DNA of 64,000 bases from Heptranchias perlo (Eukaryota), in the NCBI RefSeq assembly GCF_035084215.1, contig NC_090363.1, forward strand, positions 3,844,001-3,908,000, given 5' to 3'. Position 1 is the stretch's first letter; each line of letters opens with the position of its first letter. Shown piece by piece: positions 1-12,370 of the stretch. The notes beneath the pieces were generated by a model that saw nothing but the letters and a program-made list of their open reading frames with translations, was not told where the DNA came from and did no database searches. The translations under genes and the position numbers were made by a program.

Positions 1-1932
1 CAACTCAGGACTACATGCATGCTAAACAGCGGAAGCAACATGCTATAGACAGAGCTAAGCGATTCCACAACCAACGGATCAGATCAAAGCTCTGCAGTCC
101 TGCCACATCCAGTCATGAATGGTGGCGGACAATTAAACAACTAACGGGAGGAGGAGGCTCTGCAAACATCCTCATCTTCAATGATGGCGGAGTCCAGCAC
201 ATGAGTGCAAAAGACAAGGCTGAAGCGTTTGCAACCATCTTCAGCCAGAAGTGCCGAGTGGATGATCCATCTCGGCCTCCTCCCGATATCCCCACCATCA
301 CAGAAGCCAGTCTTCGGCCAATTCGATTCACTCCACGTGATATCAAGAAACGGCTGAGTGCACTGGATACAGCAACGGCTATGGGCCCCGACAACATCCC
401 AGCTCTAGTGCTGAAGACTTGTGCTCCAGAACTAGCTGCGCCTCTAGCCAAGCTGTTCCAGTACAGCTACAACACTGGCATCTACCCGACAATGTGGAAA
501 ATTGCCCAGGTATGTCCTGTCCACAAAAAGCAGGACAAATCCAATCCGGCCAATTACCGCCCCATCAGTCTACTCTCAATCATCAGCAAAGTGATGGAAG
601 GTGTCATCGACAGTGCTATCAAGTGGCACTTACTCACCAATAACCTGCTCACCGATGCTCAGTTTGGGTTCCGCCAGGACCACTCGGCTCCAGACCTCAT
701 TACAGCGTTGGTCCAAACATGGACAAAAGAGCTGAATTCCAGAGGTGAGGTGAGAGTGACTGCCCTTGACATCAAGGCAGCATTTGACCGAGTGTGGCAC
801 CAAGGAGCCCTAGTCAAATTGAAGTCAATGGGAATCAGGGGGAAAACTCTCCAGTGGCTGGAGTCATACCTAGGACAAAGGAAGATGGTAGTGGTTGTTG
901 GAGGCCAATCATCTCAGCCCCAGGACATTGCTGCAGGAGTTCCTCAGGGCAGTGTCCTAGGCCCAACCATCTTCAGCTGCTTCATCAATGACCTTCCCTC
1001 CATCATAAGGTCAGAAATGGGGATGTTCGCTGATGACTGCACAGTGTTCAGTTCCATTCGCAACCCCTCAAATAATGAAGCAGTCCGAGCCCGCATGCAG
1101 CAAGACCTGGACAACATCCAGGCTTGGGCTCATAAGTGGCAAGTAACATTCGCACCAGATAAGTGCCAGGCAATGACCATCTCCAACAAGAGAGAGTCTA
1201 ACCACCTCCTCCTGACATTCAACGGCATTACCATCACCGAATCCCCCACCATCAACATCCTGGGGGTCACCATTGACCAGAAACTTAACTGGACCAGCCA
1301 TATAAATACTGTGGCTACGAGAGCAGGTCAGAGGCTGGGTATTCTGCGGCGAGTAACTCACCTCCTGACTCCCCAAAGCCTTTCCACCATCTACAAGGCA
1401 CAAGTCAGGAGTGTGATGGAATACTCTCCACTTGCTTGGATGAGTGCAGCTCCAACAACACTCAAGAAGCTCGACACCATCCAAGATAAAGCAGCCCGCT
1501 TGATTGGCACCCCATCCACCACACTAAACATTCACTCCCTTCACCACCGGTGCACTGTGGCTGCAGTGTGTACCATCCACAGGATGCACTGCAGCAACTC
1601 GCCAAGGCTTCTTCGACAGCACCTCCCAAACCCGCGACCTCTACCACCTAGAAGGACAAGAGCAGCAGGCACATGGGAACAACACCACCTGCACGTTCCC
1701 CTCCAAGTCACACACCATCCCGACTTGGAAATATATCGCCGTTCCTTCATTGTCGCTGGGTCAAAATCCTGGAACTCCCTTCCTAACAGCACTGTGGGAG
1801 AACCGTCACCACACGGACTGCAGCGGTTCAAGAAGGCGGCTCACCACCACCTTCTCGAGGGCAATTAGGGATGGGCAATAAATGCCGGCCTCGCCAGCGA
1901 CGCCCACATCCCGTAAACGAATAAAAAAAAAA
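1..1932 (+). mobile_element. Young poly(A)-tailed LINE (family A, CR1/L2 superfamily)
   Basis: Intact RT ORF, short 3' UTR (gggcaataaatgccggcctcgccagcgacgcccacatccc) and A-tail at ~1921-1932; near-identical 3' fragments occur elsewhere in the window. Confidence 0.9.
15..1868 (+). CDS. Reverse transcriptase ORF2 (5' part lies outside the window) of a CR1-superfamily non-LTR retrotransposon
   Basis: 617-aa uninterrupted ORF with RT motifs [36 protein letters not shown] and FADD. Confidence 0.93.
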   Translation: MHAKQRKQHAIDRAKRFHNQRIRSKLCSPATSSHEWWRTIKQLTGGGGSANILIFNDGGVQHMSAKDKAEAFATIFSQKCRVDDPSRPPPDIPTITEASLRPIRFTPRDIKKRLSALDTATAMGPDNIPALVLKTCAPELAAPLAKLFQYSYNTGIYPTMWKIAQVCPVHKKQDKSNPANYRPISLLSIISKVMEGVIDSAIKWHLLTNNLLTDAQFGFRQDHSAPDLITALVQTWTKELNSRGEVRVTALDIKAAFDRVWHQGALVKLKSMGIRGKTLQWLESYLGQRKMVVVVGGQSSQPQDIAAGVPQGSVLGPTIFSCFINDLPSIIRSEMGMFADDCTVFSSIRNPSNNEAVRARMQQDLDNIQAWAHKWQVTFAPDKCQAMTISNKRESNHLLLTFNGITITESPTINILGVTIDQKLNWTSHINTVATRAGQRLGILRRVTHLLTPQSLSTIYKAQVRSVMEYSPLAWMSAAPTTLKKLDTIQDKAARLIGTPSTTLNIHSLHHRCTVAAVCTIHRMHCSNSPRLLRQHLPNPRPLPPRRTRAAGTWEQHHLHVPLQVTHHPDLEIYRRSFIVAGSKSWNSLPNSTVGEPSPHGLQRFKKAAHHHLLEGN

Positions 1933-2255
1933 CCACTCCTTGTGTTAGTGAGTTCCACATTCTCACCATTCTCTGGTAAAGAAGTTTCTCCTGAATTCCT
2001 CAGTGGATTTATTAGTGACTATCTTATTCTTATGGCGCCTGGCTTTGGACTTCCCCACAAGTGGAAACATGTTTTTTACATCTACCCTATCAAACACCTT
2101 CATAATTTTAAAGACCTCTATCAGGTCACCTCTCAATCTTCTCGTTTCTCGAGAAAAGAGCCCCAGCCTGTTCAGTCTTTCCTGATTGATGTACCCTCTC
2201 AGTTCTGGTGGAATTCTTGTGACATTCTCCAGTGCTTCTATATCCTTTTTTATAA
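1933..2255 (-). mobile_element. CR1/HER1-type LINE 3' fragment
   Basis: Minus ORF 1963-2319 contains [27 protein letters not shown]. Confidence 0.85.
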
Positions 2256-2391
2256 TACCCTCTTTCTTTTCCAGTGTCGGCAGCAGTGAGAATTTAGAAT
2301 TCTCAGCAACTTCTAACAAATTGGGTGTAATTTCTGTTGTCAGGATATAGTCAGTCTCGGTCAGCTCAGATTTGTGTTTTATTTATTTCAG

Positions 2392-5300
2392 GAGGTAACT
2401 TGTCGGAAGAGGAGGTAGGACACGCTCTTTACTGAAACTGCACAGTTTGGCAAAATAACTCAGAAATATGTTTATGGTCAATTTATAACCAACTGTTTGA
2501 AATTTACAGGATTAGCAAGGACTATCAAGTACTTTCATCAGCAGATGCCGCCCTGTCTATCGAAAAATTCACCGGCCCTTTACAGTACACAGTGTGGAGA
2601 GAAATGCTAGATGCCATTAATCCTGGTAAAATTCATACAGGTTCCTTTGTCCTGATTTATAACTCATTTTTATGTTTAAATCAGTGGTGGGGAAAGTTTT
2701 AGAAACAATAATCAGGGACAAAATTAATTGGCACTTGGAAAAGTACGGGCTAATAAATGAAGGTCAGCACCGATTTGTTAAAGGAAAACTGTGTTTGATT
2801 AACTTGATTGAGTTCTTTGATGAAGTAACGGAGAGTGTTGATGAGGGTAGTGCGGTTGATGTTGTCTCCATGGACTTTCAAAAGACATTCGATAAAGTAC
2901 CACATAATAGACTTGTTAGCAAAATTGAAGTCCTTGGGATAAAAGGGACAGTGGCAGTGTGGATACAAAATTGGCTAAGGGACAGAAAGCAGAGAGTAGT
3001 GGTGAACGGTTGTTTTTCAGACTGGAGGGAAGTATACCGTGGTGTTCCCCAGGGGTCGGTATTAGGACCACTGCTCTTCTTGATATATATTAAAGACCTG
3101 GACTTGGGTATACAGGGTATAATTTCACAGTTTGCAGAGGACATGAAACTCAGGAATGTAGCAAACAATGTGAAGGATAGCAACAGATTTCAGGAGGACA
3201 TGACATACTGGTGAAATGGGCAAATGGAATTTAATGTTGAGAAGTGTGAAGTTTACATTTTGGTAGCAAGAATGAGAAGAGGCAATATAAACTAAATAGT
3301 ACAATTTTAAAGGGAGTGCAGGAACAGGGAAACCGGGGCGGGGGCAGGGGAGTGGTGGGTGTACGTACACAAATCTTTGAAGGTGGCAGGACAAGTTGGG
3401 AAGACTGTTACAAAAACATATGGGACCCAGAGCTTTATTAATAGAGACATACAGTACAAAAGCAAGGAAGTTAAACTTTTATAAAACACTGGTTAGGCCT
3501 CAGCTGGAGTATTGAGATCAATTCTGGCCACCACACTTTAGGAAGGATGTCAAGGCCTTAGAGATGGTGCAGAGGAGATTTACTAGAATGGTACCAGGGA
3601 TGAGGGACTTCAATCACGTGGACAATCTAGGGAAGCTGGGGTTGTTCTCCTTAGTAATAAAAACAGAAAATGCAGGAAATACCCAGCAAGTCAGGCAGCA
3701 TCAAACTGTCGCAAGGTCTTCAACCTGAAACGTTAACTCTGTTTCTTTCTCCACAGAAGCTGCCTCACTTGCTGAGTATTTCCAGAATTTTCTGTTTTTA
3801 TTTCAGATTTCTTGCATCCGCAGTGTTTTGCTTCTGATTTAGTGTTGTTCTCCTTAGAGCAGACAAAGTTAAGAGGAGATTTGATAGAGGTGTTCAAAAT
3901 CATGAACTGTTTTGACAGAGTAAATAAGGAGAAACTGTTTCCAGTGGCAGGAGGGTCGGTAACCAGAGGACACAGATTTAAGGTGATTGGCAAAAGAACC
4001 AGAGGCGACACGAGGAAACATTTTTTTATGCAGAGAGTTGTTATGATCTGGAATTTTTTTTTTATTCGTTCATGGGATGTGGGTGTCGCTGGCGAGGCTG
4101 GCATTTATTGCCCATCCCTAACTGCCCTTGAGAAGGTGGTGGTGAGCCGCCTTCTTGAACCGCTGCAGTCCGCGTAGTGAAGGTTCTCCCACAGTGCTGT
4201 TTGGAAGGGAGTTCCAGGATTTTGACGCAGTGACGATGAAGGAACGGTAATATATTTCCAAGTCGGGATGGTGTGTGATTTGGAGGGGAACGTGCAGGTG
4301 GTGCTGTTCCCATGTACCTGCTGCTCTTCTAGGTGGTAGAGGTAGCGGGTTTGGGAGGTGCTGTCGAAGAAGCCTTGGCGAGTTGCTGCAGTGCATCCTG
4401 TGGATGGTACACACTGCAGTCACAGTGCGCCGGTGGTGAAGGGAGTGAATGTTTAGGGTGGTGGATGGGGTGCCAATCAAGCGGGCTGCTTTGTCCTGGA
4501 TGGTGTCGAGCTTCTTGAGTGTTGTTGGAGCTGCACTCATCCCGGCAAGTGGAGAGTATTCCATCACACTCCTGACTTGTGCCTTGTAGATGGTGGAAAC
4601 GCTTTGGGGAGTCAGGAGGTGAGTCACTCGCTCTTGTAGCCTGAAAGGGTGGTGGAAGCAGATTCAATAGTAATTTTCAAAACAGAATTGGATGTATACT
4701 TGAAGGGTAAAAATTTACAGGGCTTTGGGAAAGAGCAGGGGAGTGGTTCTAATTTGATAGCTCTTTGAAAGAGCCGGCACAGACACACTCGGTCAAATGG
4801 CCTCCTTCTGTGCCAAAACATACCTTGATACGATGATAATAAATCAAATTATAACAAAGAGAATATCTTTAGGACCTAAGTAGTTGCAAAGGATCGCGAT
4901 TAAAAATGGTACTGAATGGAATTAAAGTGTTATTCATGTAACAAAATCCACCTTTAAAACAGCATCGCACTCAACTAGTCAGCTGAAAATTTCAGCTCTC
5001 CTAATATGACCAATACAGGGACCCTCAGATGAACCACTGCCTCCAGAAACCTGCAATACTTTGCAAACTTCAGCAAGAGGCAATTCCCAACAACCCTTTC
5101 CTCCTCCACAATACGACATCCTCCTGATGTATCTCCACCTTGTGTGCCAGGCTCATGTCCATGACCAAGATTGGGACACGAAGCTAGAGGAGACCTGGGA
5201 ACGAGGCTTTGCCTGGCCGTTGAGGGAGGAGGAGTGACGATGGGTATGGAGTCAACTGGTGCTCACTGCGGACATGGGGAGCAAGCACTGGATTGCAACC

Positions 5301-7237
5301 CACTTCCTGAAAGTGCCACCAAGGCTTATTCTCTCAATTGTCTTGAGAAAACATTCCACTTGCCCGAGACAAATATCTTTTATAGGAACATAGGAACTGG
5401 AGTAGGCCATTCAGCCCCTCGTGCCTGCTCCGCCATTTGATAAGATCATGGCTGATCTGTGATCTAACTCCATATACCTGCCTTTGGCCCATATCCCTTA
5501 ATACCCTTAATATGCATCAAGGGAGAGTATCAAGGGAGAGGTATGACAGTGGGGCATCACATTGAATAGCCTCTGGTGTTATACCTCCACATGCAGCTCC
5601 CTATGAAGCCTGTTTGTTTGCATGGACCAGGCCGGAGGTGTGTGGAGGTTAAGACCTTGGTTAATATTTTCTCGTCAATATTGAGGAGGGATTTAGTTTT
5701 CTACCATGAGCACTTAACGTGGTGACCTTTCTGTTCATATGTATTAACAGGATTGTGACTAAGTTAAGTGTGTTTCACTCGGAGGGGAGTAAACTCTGTG
5801 ATTGGGGCTTTGTAAAACTCGGTAGGGGTGTTATTAGCTGGTGTGGGACCAGGTCATTACTTTGCCCCCAAATTACTCCGACTGCTTGTCCTCATGCCCT
5901 GTATCCGCTTGGAGCTTGACCCGTTGGGAGTGAAGATCACAGTTCAGGTCTCCACTCATGGTTACTGTGTTGTCCATACGTGGGGCGAGTGTGAGGAATG
6001 CTGATGTGGGGAACGCGGGGTTGTTCCAGTTTTGCTTGCGTTCCTGGGCAGATCGAGTTGTGGGCCGCAGCTTCTTTGTCCCTCTTACTTTTTCTACTTT
6101 TCCCCCTTGAATTATTTATTATTGGCCCTTTTCCTCCCTCCCTCTGCGGGTTCTGTTCTTGTTCCCATTCCCTCTGATGAGTTTAGTTTCTTTCCGTTCT
6201 CCCTTTCTGCAGCAGTTGCCCTCTTTTGTTCTTTTACTCTTTTCCTTCCCTTCTTTCTTTCCCCTTGGTATCTGTATCTTCCCCCTCTCCCCTCAGCGAT
6301 CCCGTTGATTGGTGATGTGGGGGTATCAGGGGTGACGCCTTCAGGCCGAGATTGTGCCTCCAAACCACGTCGGAGCCTCTTGGCGCCGGTTCCTTGTGAA
6401 TCTCTAAAGGCCCCTGGGTCTCTCTGCAGGGGCTGAGAGCCGCAGGGGACTGGGGGACCACGGGGTTCCTTGCAGCGGGTCAGGATCGAAGTGTCCACCT
6501 GAGGTCAGAGCGGTCCCAGGAGCGTAAACCCCCGGGTGGGAGCAGATTCCAATAACAGAACCTGGAGCCCTTTAAACACACCGGAGGTCCCAGGAATCCC
6601 CCGAGTGGGCACTTTAAACAGGAAAGTGTTTGAATAAATCACAGCAAGAAACTGAATCACTGACTGTTATTTTCACTCTCCCCCAGCTCCAGCCTCTCTG
6701 ACTCTGGATCCGAAGACAAACCATCCCGGGCTCATCGTGTCTGAGGACCGGACCAGTGTGAGACTCGGAGACAAACAGCAGCGGCTCCCTGACACCCCGG
6801 AGAGGTTTGATCTCTGGCCCTGTGTCCTGGGATCGGAGGGATTCACATCAGGGAGACATTACTGGGAGGTGGAGGTGGGGGACAAGACTTGGTGGCGTGT
6901 GGGAGTGGCCCGAGAGTCTGCCGAGAGGAAAGGGGGAGTCGGCCTGAGTCCTGAGACCGGATACTGGGCTGTGGGGCTGTTACCTGGAAGACGCTATTTT
7001 GCCGCCACCTCCCCCTCACGGACCCCCCTCACCCCGAGTGTGGATCCCCGGAAGATCGGGGTGTACCTGGACTATGAGGGCGGACAGGTGTCATTTTACA
7101 ATGCGGACAACATGTCCCATCTCCACACTTTCACCCACACTTTCACCGAGAGACTCTTTCCGATCTTCAGTCCGGGATGGAATAATGACGGTAAAAACTC
7201 AGCACCGCTGACAATCTTCGGGGTTAAAGGTCACTGA
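2392..7237 (+). CDS. TRIM gene 1, 3' portion (B30.2/PRY-SPRY TRIM, TRIM62/TRIM69/A33/XNF7-like); join 2392-2414, 2510-2625, 6687-7237
   Basis: 23-nt microexon (EVTCRKR), 116-nt exon ending [20 protein letters not shown], and terminal exon [40 protein letters not shown]; all GT/AG with compatible phases. RING/B-box exons lie upstream of the window. Confidence 0.9.
3655..3843. mobile_element. Penelope-like pLTR fold-back fragment nested in CR1
   Basis: Inverted arms (aaaacagaaaatgcaggaaatac / gtatttccagaattttctgtttt), degenerate hammerhead half gaaacgttaact, 14-bp TSD gttgttctccttag at 3641-3654 and 3844-3857. Confidence 0.75.
4053..4632 (-). mobile_element. Family A LINE 3' fragment nested in CR1
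   Basis: Reverse complement of 1350-1930 with a T-tract at 4054-4063; the host CR1 resumes after 4632. Confidence 0.9.
5510..6620 (-). mobile_element. L1/Tx1-like remnant
   Basis: Minus-strand [14 protein letters not shown] (~5650-5692) and QTGFI-like RT motifs; basic K/R-rich ORF1-like stretch 6112-6498. Confidence 0.6.
6687..7237 (+). CDS. TRIM gene 1 terminal B30.2 (PRY-SPRY) exon
   Basis: Acceptor ctctcccccag at 6686; LDP, HYWEVEV and LDYEGG motifs; stop TGA at 7237. Confidence 0.93.
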
Positions 7238-7509
7238 CCGGTCCATCCCATAATCCCACACCGCCTCCTGCCTCCTGCCAGCTGCAAACTGCTGGGCGTC
7301 GGCCCCAGTGGTGCGGATGGTGCAAATGTCACCTGAGGTCAGGACGGGTACAACCGAGTGACAATGTCTTGTTGGTGATATTTGTTTGTTTAATCGGTGC
7401 AGTGGAACAAACTCATGGCAACTGGTCCAGAGATTCCAGTAAAATTAAATTAAAAAACCTCAAGAACATCGAGAATCATCGGGGCGCAGAGACAGAGAAT
7501 TAAAACATG

Positions 7510-7620
7510 GGCAGTGCTCCCTCAGTACTGCCCTGAAGTGTCAGCCTGGATTATGTGCTCAAGTCTGTGGAGTGGAAGAGAGGCAAGAGTGTTCCCACTG
7601 AGTGAAGGCTGTCAGTGAGT
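7510..7620 (-). mobile_element. Deu-domain tRNA-derived SINE 5' fragment (SacSINE1-like)
   Basis: gcagtgctccctcagtactg..gtcagcctggattatgtgctcaagtc is shared with the fuller copies at 25060, 27665 and 44248. Confidence 0.7.
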
Positions 7621-7967
7621 CAAGGCACACTCTGTGAATGGTGCTGAAATAGCTGAGGAGAAAGCTGGAAGAGACCCAGGAGAGTAAACGCAATGTAATT
7701 ATGGCCAAACAATGCAGAGCATCAATCAACAAGCTAATAGGATGTTGAACTACCCGATGTCTAGAGGGGGCAACCAGAGCGGCTGTAGCAAAGGCTGGTT
7801 TTGTGGAGTCTGGAGGAGCGTTCCTGCTCCTCCCAGTCCCACAGTAATGAAGGGGAACTTTCCTTTGGGATCCTCTTTGGCCGGGGTGGCAGCTGATAGT
7901 GCTCGGAGTGTGCACAGTACACGCTCTGCTCAGTTCAGTCAAAAATGGCAATCGGGGTTGTGTGCAC

Positions 7968-8390
7968 ATCTGGAGAAGCTGGTGGTGTTCTCCTTAGAGT
8001 AGAGAAGCTTTCGGAGGAATTTCGTAGAGGTGTTCAAAATCATGAAAGGTTTTGATAGAGTAAATAAGGAGAAACTGTTTCCAGTGGCAGAAGGGTCAGA
8101 AACCAGAGGACACATTTAAAATAAATGGCAAAAGAACCAGTTTCAAGATGGGGAGAATTTTTTTTTACGCAGCAAGTTGTTATGATCTGGAATTCACTGC
8201 CTGGCAGGGTGGTGGAAGCAGATTCGATAGTAACTTTCAAAAGGGAATTGGATAAGTACTTGAAGGGGAAAATTTTGCAGGGCAATGGGGAAAGAGCAGG
8301 AGAGTGGGACTAATTGGATGGCTCTTTCAAAGAGCCATCACAGGCATGATGGACCAAATGGCCTCCTGCGCTGTATGATTCTATCTATAT
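7968..8390 (+). mobile_element. CR1/HER1-type LINE 3' fragment
   Basis: Encodes FFTQQVVMIWNSLP..FKRELDKYL; ends aatggcctcc..attctat. Confidence 0.85.
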
Positions 8391-10429
8391 GACCCTGATT
8401 TGCATTTTAAATGGGCCTACCACCTGACTCAGGGCTGCACCGGCCACCCAACGGTCGGTCTGGGGAAATATTGCCTTGGCCACAGCAACGAGGCGGCACG
8501 TCACTGCCCACCATTTTTGGGGGCACTAACGCCTTGTTTCCACCAGCGGGAGGCCTGAAAATTCATTCCAAAGTGTCATCAAAACGTGACGTGACGTTCC
8601 AGATAGTGTAATGGAGACAAAAACCCTGGAATAATTTAAGAAACAATTCAATGCTACAATGGGAGGATGTTAAGATCTCTCTGGATGGATGGATCATGAG
8701 GGGCAGAATGGCCTTCCTCGTCTGTAATTATCTTGGAATCTTGTTTTAGTTCCCGTGTGTGTTTCCAAATGTCAGTGGGACTAATTTCATGTCATTGTCC
8801 ATAACTACACAGAAATGTAAATTTCCAGATGTATTTTGTTTCTGTCATTGTCCCAGCGAGAATATCGCAGAGTTGATACTTTTGCAATCACCTTGATATG
8901 ATCTTGCTACCACTAGCCTGACAATCTATTGAGCACAGAACACTCTCAGTGTCAGCGAAGGTCTGTGTTTATTAGATTAGAAAGCAGTTTATCAGTGGAG
9001 GAGGTAATGCCTGCTCTTTCCATAAGTTTTATGTCGCTCAATAATTTACTGAAACATTTATTTTCCCATTTTATTATGCCAACTACGTCATATTAATAAA
9101 GTTGATGACCATGACTATATGTTGTCATTAGTCTACCCCTTGTAAGAGCATGGGAAATAAAACTTTAAATCCCAAATATTCAAAAATATGTCTACATTTC
9201 TCCAAGAGGGCCATCAGTTTAGCTTTATGAAGCTGCCTGAACACCACCAATGAAGTAACGTCTGGTGCACTGCAAAGTCCTTTGTGTTGCAATTGTTTAA
9301 CGTCCTGCATATTGTAATGTTCAGTGCACTGCAGGGGCGTTAGCAGGGAGGGGGCGTGTTCAGGCTGTTCAAACACATCTGAAATTTCTATTTTTTTTAA
9401 GTATATCGGACCGCTCCTTCTTTGGAAAGAACGTGCCTTCGATCACTTGATAGAACAAAGAAACAAGCATCCATTGCGAGTCAGTTCTGCAATTTGACCA
9501 GAGGAAACCCATTAGTTGGGCTTGTGCTTCTAAATGTTCACTGTGATATTGCAGTGAATAGTAGTGAAGTTATTGATAGACTCGTAACCAGCACTTGGAC
9601 TTCCTGCTTTGGAGTTTTTGTCTGACGAGACTTTTTTCTTTTCATTTGCTTAATTTGAATTGTTAAATTAATGGAAGTAATAAAGGTGGTGAGACTGCTC
9701 TAAAACCACATGGACCCTCATTAGATGCAAATTCATTAAGAACAAAATAAAAATCAATGAAGGAATTCTGGGGGTGAAATTGGTCTTGGGCGGTAGTGTA
9801 AAATCGACTTCAACGGAAAAGGAAATCGGGCGGGTGTAAAACGGGCGGCTGATTCACGATCACCTGTTTTACGCTCCTGTCCAAGACCAATATCGCCCCC
9901 GTTCAGTCTGGTTTCCCGGGAGCGATATCAACTTGAGGTGAAATTTGCGGAGGTCCCTCACACGCTGCGCCCGGCTGATCACAACATTGCAGGCGGACTG
10001 CCCACGATTTCCCTCCCACTCATATCACTTGATGAAAAACCGCGGGCAATGAAAGTGCAATTTTCTGATAAGCTGCCCGGACCATGTGAGGCTCTGCCAG
10101 TTACACAGGGCCTCATAAAATTCCACCCTGGCTCTTTACACCGCTGGTGACATCCTGAATTTCCAGTAAAGTATGTACCTGACCAAACATAAATATACTT
10201 GGGACATCTACACAGAGGGAAATAAAAATAAAACAGAGTAAGAAGTGATCTGGGATAAATTCTGAGGACAGTTCCACCTGTGAAAAGCAGCCTCTTGGTA
10301 ATTTAATTTTCTCACTTTATTTGCTTCACTAAAAAGTTTCTCATGTTCTTTTTGGATAAAATTGTTTTTGTTGGTGAACTGGAGACCAGTAAACATGAAA
10401 TTAATAACCATTTCCAAGACTGGAGTAAT

Positions 10430-11160
10430 AAAAATAACAAAAACAAACAGCTGGAAATACACAGGTCGGTCATCACATGTGGAGAGAGAAGACAGGTTGA
10501 CATTTTGGGTATACACCCTGCATCGGAACTGTGAACTGAAAGATCAGCGAGGGCCTCTGTGGGGCTGGGGGAAAGGAGGAGGGGAGAGAAAAAACAAATA
10601 GATGGTCAATTGTAGGGAGGAAGTTACTGGGTAGAATGAGGTGTGCAGTGCAGGGACCTGGTGACCTTCCTGCCTGTAATGTTGCTCCACAGGTGACGGT
10701 GATCCTCCATCGCCGTGTTTGAGATGGACTCCAGCTGTCCGGGTCTTCACTTCCGTTTCATCCATCGCCTCATCTGGCACTTTAACAAAACAACTTTTTC
10801 TTTCCTTTGAAGTGTCAAGGACCGCGAGTTTCAATGACTCTTAGATCCCAACCTCCATCTCGATCCTTCTTCCCCATCACTTTTTACTGGCCCCATCCCT
10901 CCTTCCAATCTCACCATTTGTCGTGTTTTCACTATCCCCTCTGACCTTCCCCTCTCTGACCCCAAACGATCAGTCCTCAGCAAAGGCTCATCCCCTTACG
11001 CCCCCACCTGAATTAATTTTGAGCTCGACATGATGCTCTTCTTCCATTATCCTGGCCTCCGCACCCACTTCTTTGGCCAGGAGGCTTCCCCCTGCACAGT
11101 GCACCCTTTCTCCTGTCTTCAGAGTTTTCATTCTACCTGGACCATTCTCTCCGGCCTCTT
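10430..11160. mobile_element. Decayed Penelope-like element
   Basis: Plus-strand RVFTIPSDLPLSDP.RSVLSKG N-terminal RT-associated motif (~10920-10990); degenerate minus-strand hammerhead at 10495-10530. Confidence 0.6.
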
Positions 11161-11168
11161 ACCCACTC

Positions 11169-11220
11169 TTAGTGGTATAAACTGGGCGACATGTCCATGT
11201 CGCCCAGTTTATACCACTAA
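11169..11220. repeat. Perfect 25-bp inverted repeat with 2-nt loop at a CR1 3' junction
   Basis: ttagtggtataaactgggcgacatg-tc-catgtcgcccagtttataccactaa. Confidence 0.95.
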
Positions 11221-11690
11221 GCTCGTCCCAATTGCCTGCACTTGGCCCATATCCCTCTGTACCCATCTTACCCATGTAACTGTCCAAATGCTTTTTAAAA
11301 GACAAAATTGTACCTGCCTCTACTACTGCCTCTGGCAGCTCGTTCCAGACACTCACCACCCTTTGAGTGAAAAAATTGCCTCTCTTGTATCTCTCCCCTC
11401 TCACCTTAAATCTATGCCCCCTCGTTATAGACTCCCCTACCTTTGGGAAAAGATTTTGACTATCTACCTTATCTATGCCCCACATTATTTTATAGACTTC
11501 TATAAGATCACCCCTAAACCTCCTACTCTCCAGGGAAAAATGTCTCAGTCGATCCAACCTCTCCCTATAAGTCAAACCATCAAGTCCCGGTAGCATCCTA
11601 GTAAATCTTTTCTGCACTCTTTCTAGTTTAATAATATCCTTTCTATAATAGGGTGACCAGAACTGTACACAGTATTCCAAGTGTGATCTT
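11196..11690 (-). mobile_element. CR1/HER1-type LINE 3' fragment
   Basis: HLEYCVQFWSPYYRKDIIKLERVQKRFTRM..FFTQRVVSVWNELP. Confidence 0.88.
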
Positions 11691-11889
11691 GATCTTTTCA
11701 TTGGAGTCAGTGTGATATCGGCTGTCTCAATTTCTCTACACCCCCCCCCCCCCCCCTCACTCATTCTAATCTATCTCGCTCTGAATTTGCAGCACCTCCT
11801 CACTGGGCTGCTGAGGGAGTGAACGTCGGGTAGTGGCCCCACTCCCCCCTCACATTAGTGGTGTTTAGGCGGAGGTCGCACTAGACTCT

Positions 11890-12370
11890 TGTCATGAAGG
11901 TAGCCGTAGAAAAGTTTCAACATTAACGCAGCAGAGAGGCCCGCCGCAGATTCAACAAGTTCTCAGTCCTCCGGGAATGGAAGAATGAGGTGTGCTTCCT
12001 GCAGGAAACCCACACCGTTCTGGGAGACAAAGTCAAATGGATTTTGGAGTGGGGAGGGGAGATCTACGAGTCACCTTGCCATGAACATCAAGCGAGGGGG
12101 CTATCTTGTTGGCCCCACATTTTCAGCCAGACATCTTGGGGGTCAGGGAGCCGATGCCAGGCTGCTTGCTGCATCTCATCTTTCACCTTGGGGACTTGCC
12201 ACTTCACGTAATTAAAGGTATACGCACCCCAGAGGGCTGGTCTGTCGGTCGCCTTCCTCCCCCTGGATCAGGAGAAGGCGTTCGATAGGGTGGATCACCA
12301 ATAGTTGTTTGGGATTCTATGTGCATTCTGGTTCAGGTCGCATTTCGTCGCCCGGATCCGACTTCTGTCG
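11890..12370 (+). mobile_element. Tx1/L1-like remnant with large internal deletion
   Basis: APE motif VCFLQETH (~11990) placed directly next to RT motif DQEKAFDRVDH (~12265-12300). Confidence 0.7.

Larger units (their letters stand above)
2680..4830 (+). mobile_element. CR1/HER1-type LINE, decayed, host to two nested insertions
   Basis: ORF 2672-3214 with [12 protein letters not shown] and [17 protein letters not shown]; downstream [16 protein letters not shown] and the 3' UTR. Confidence 0.88.
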
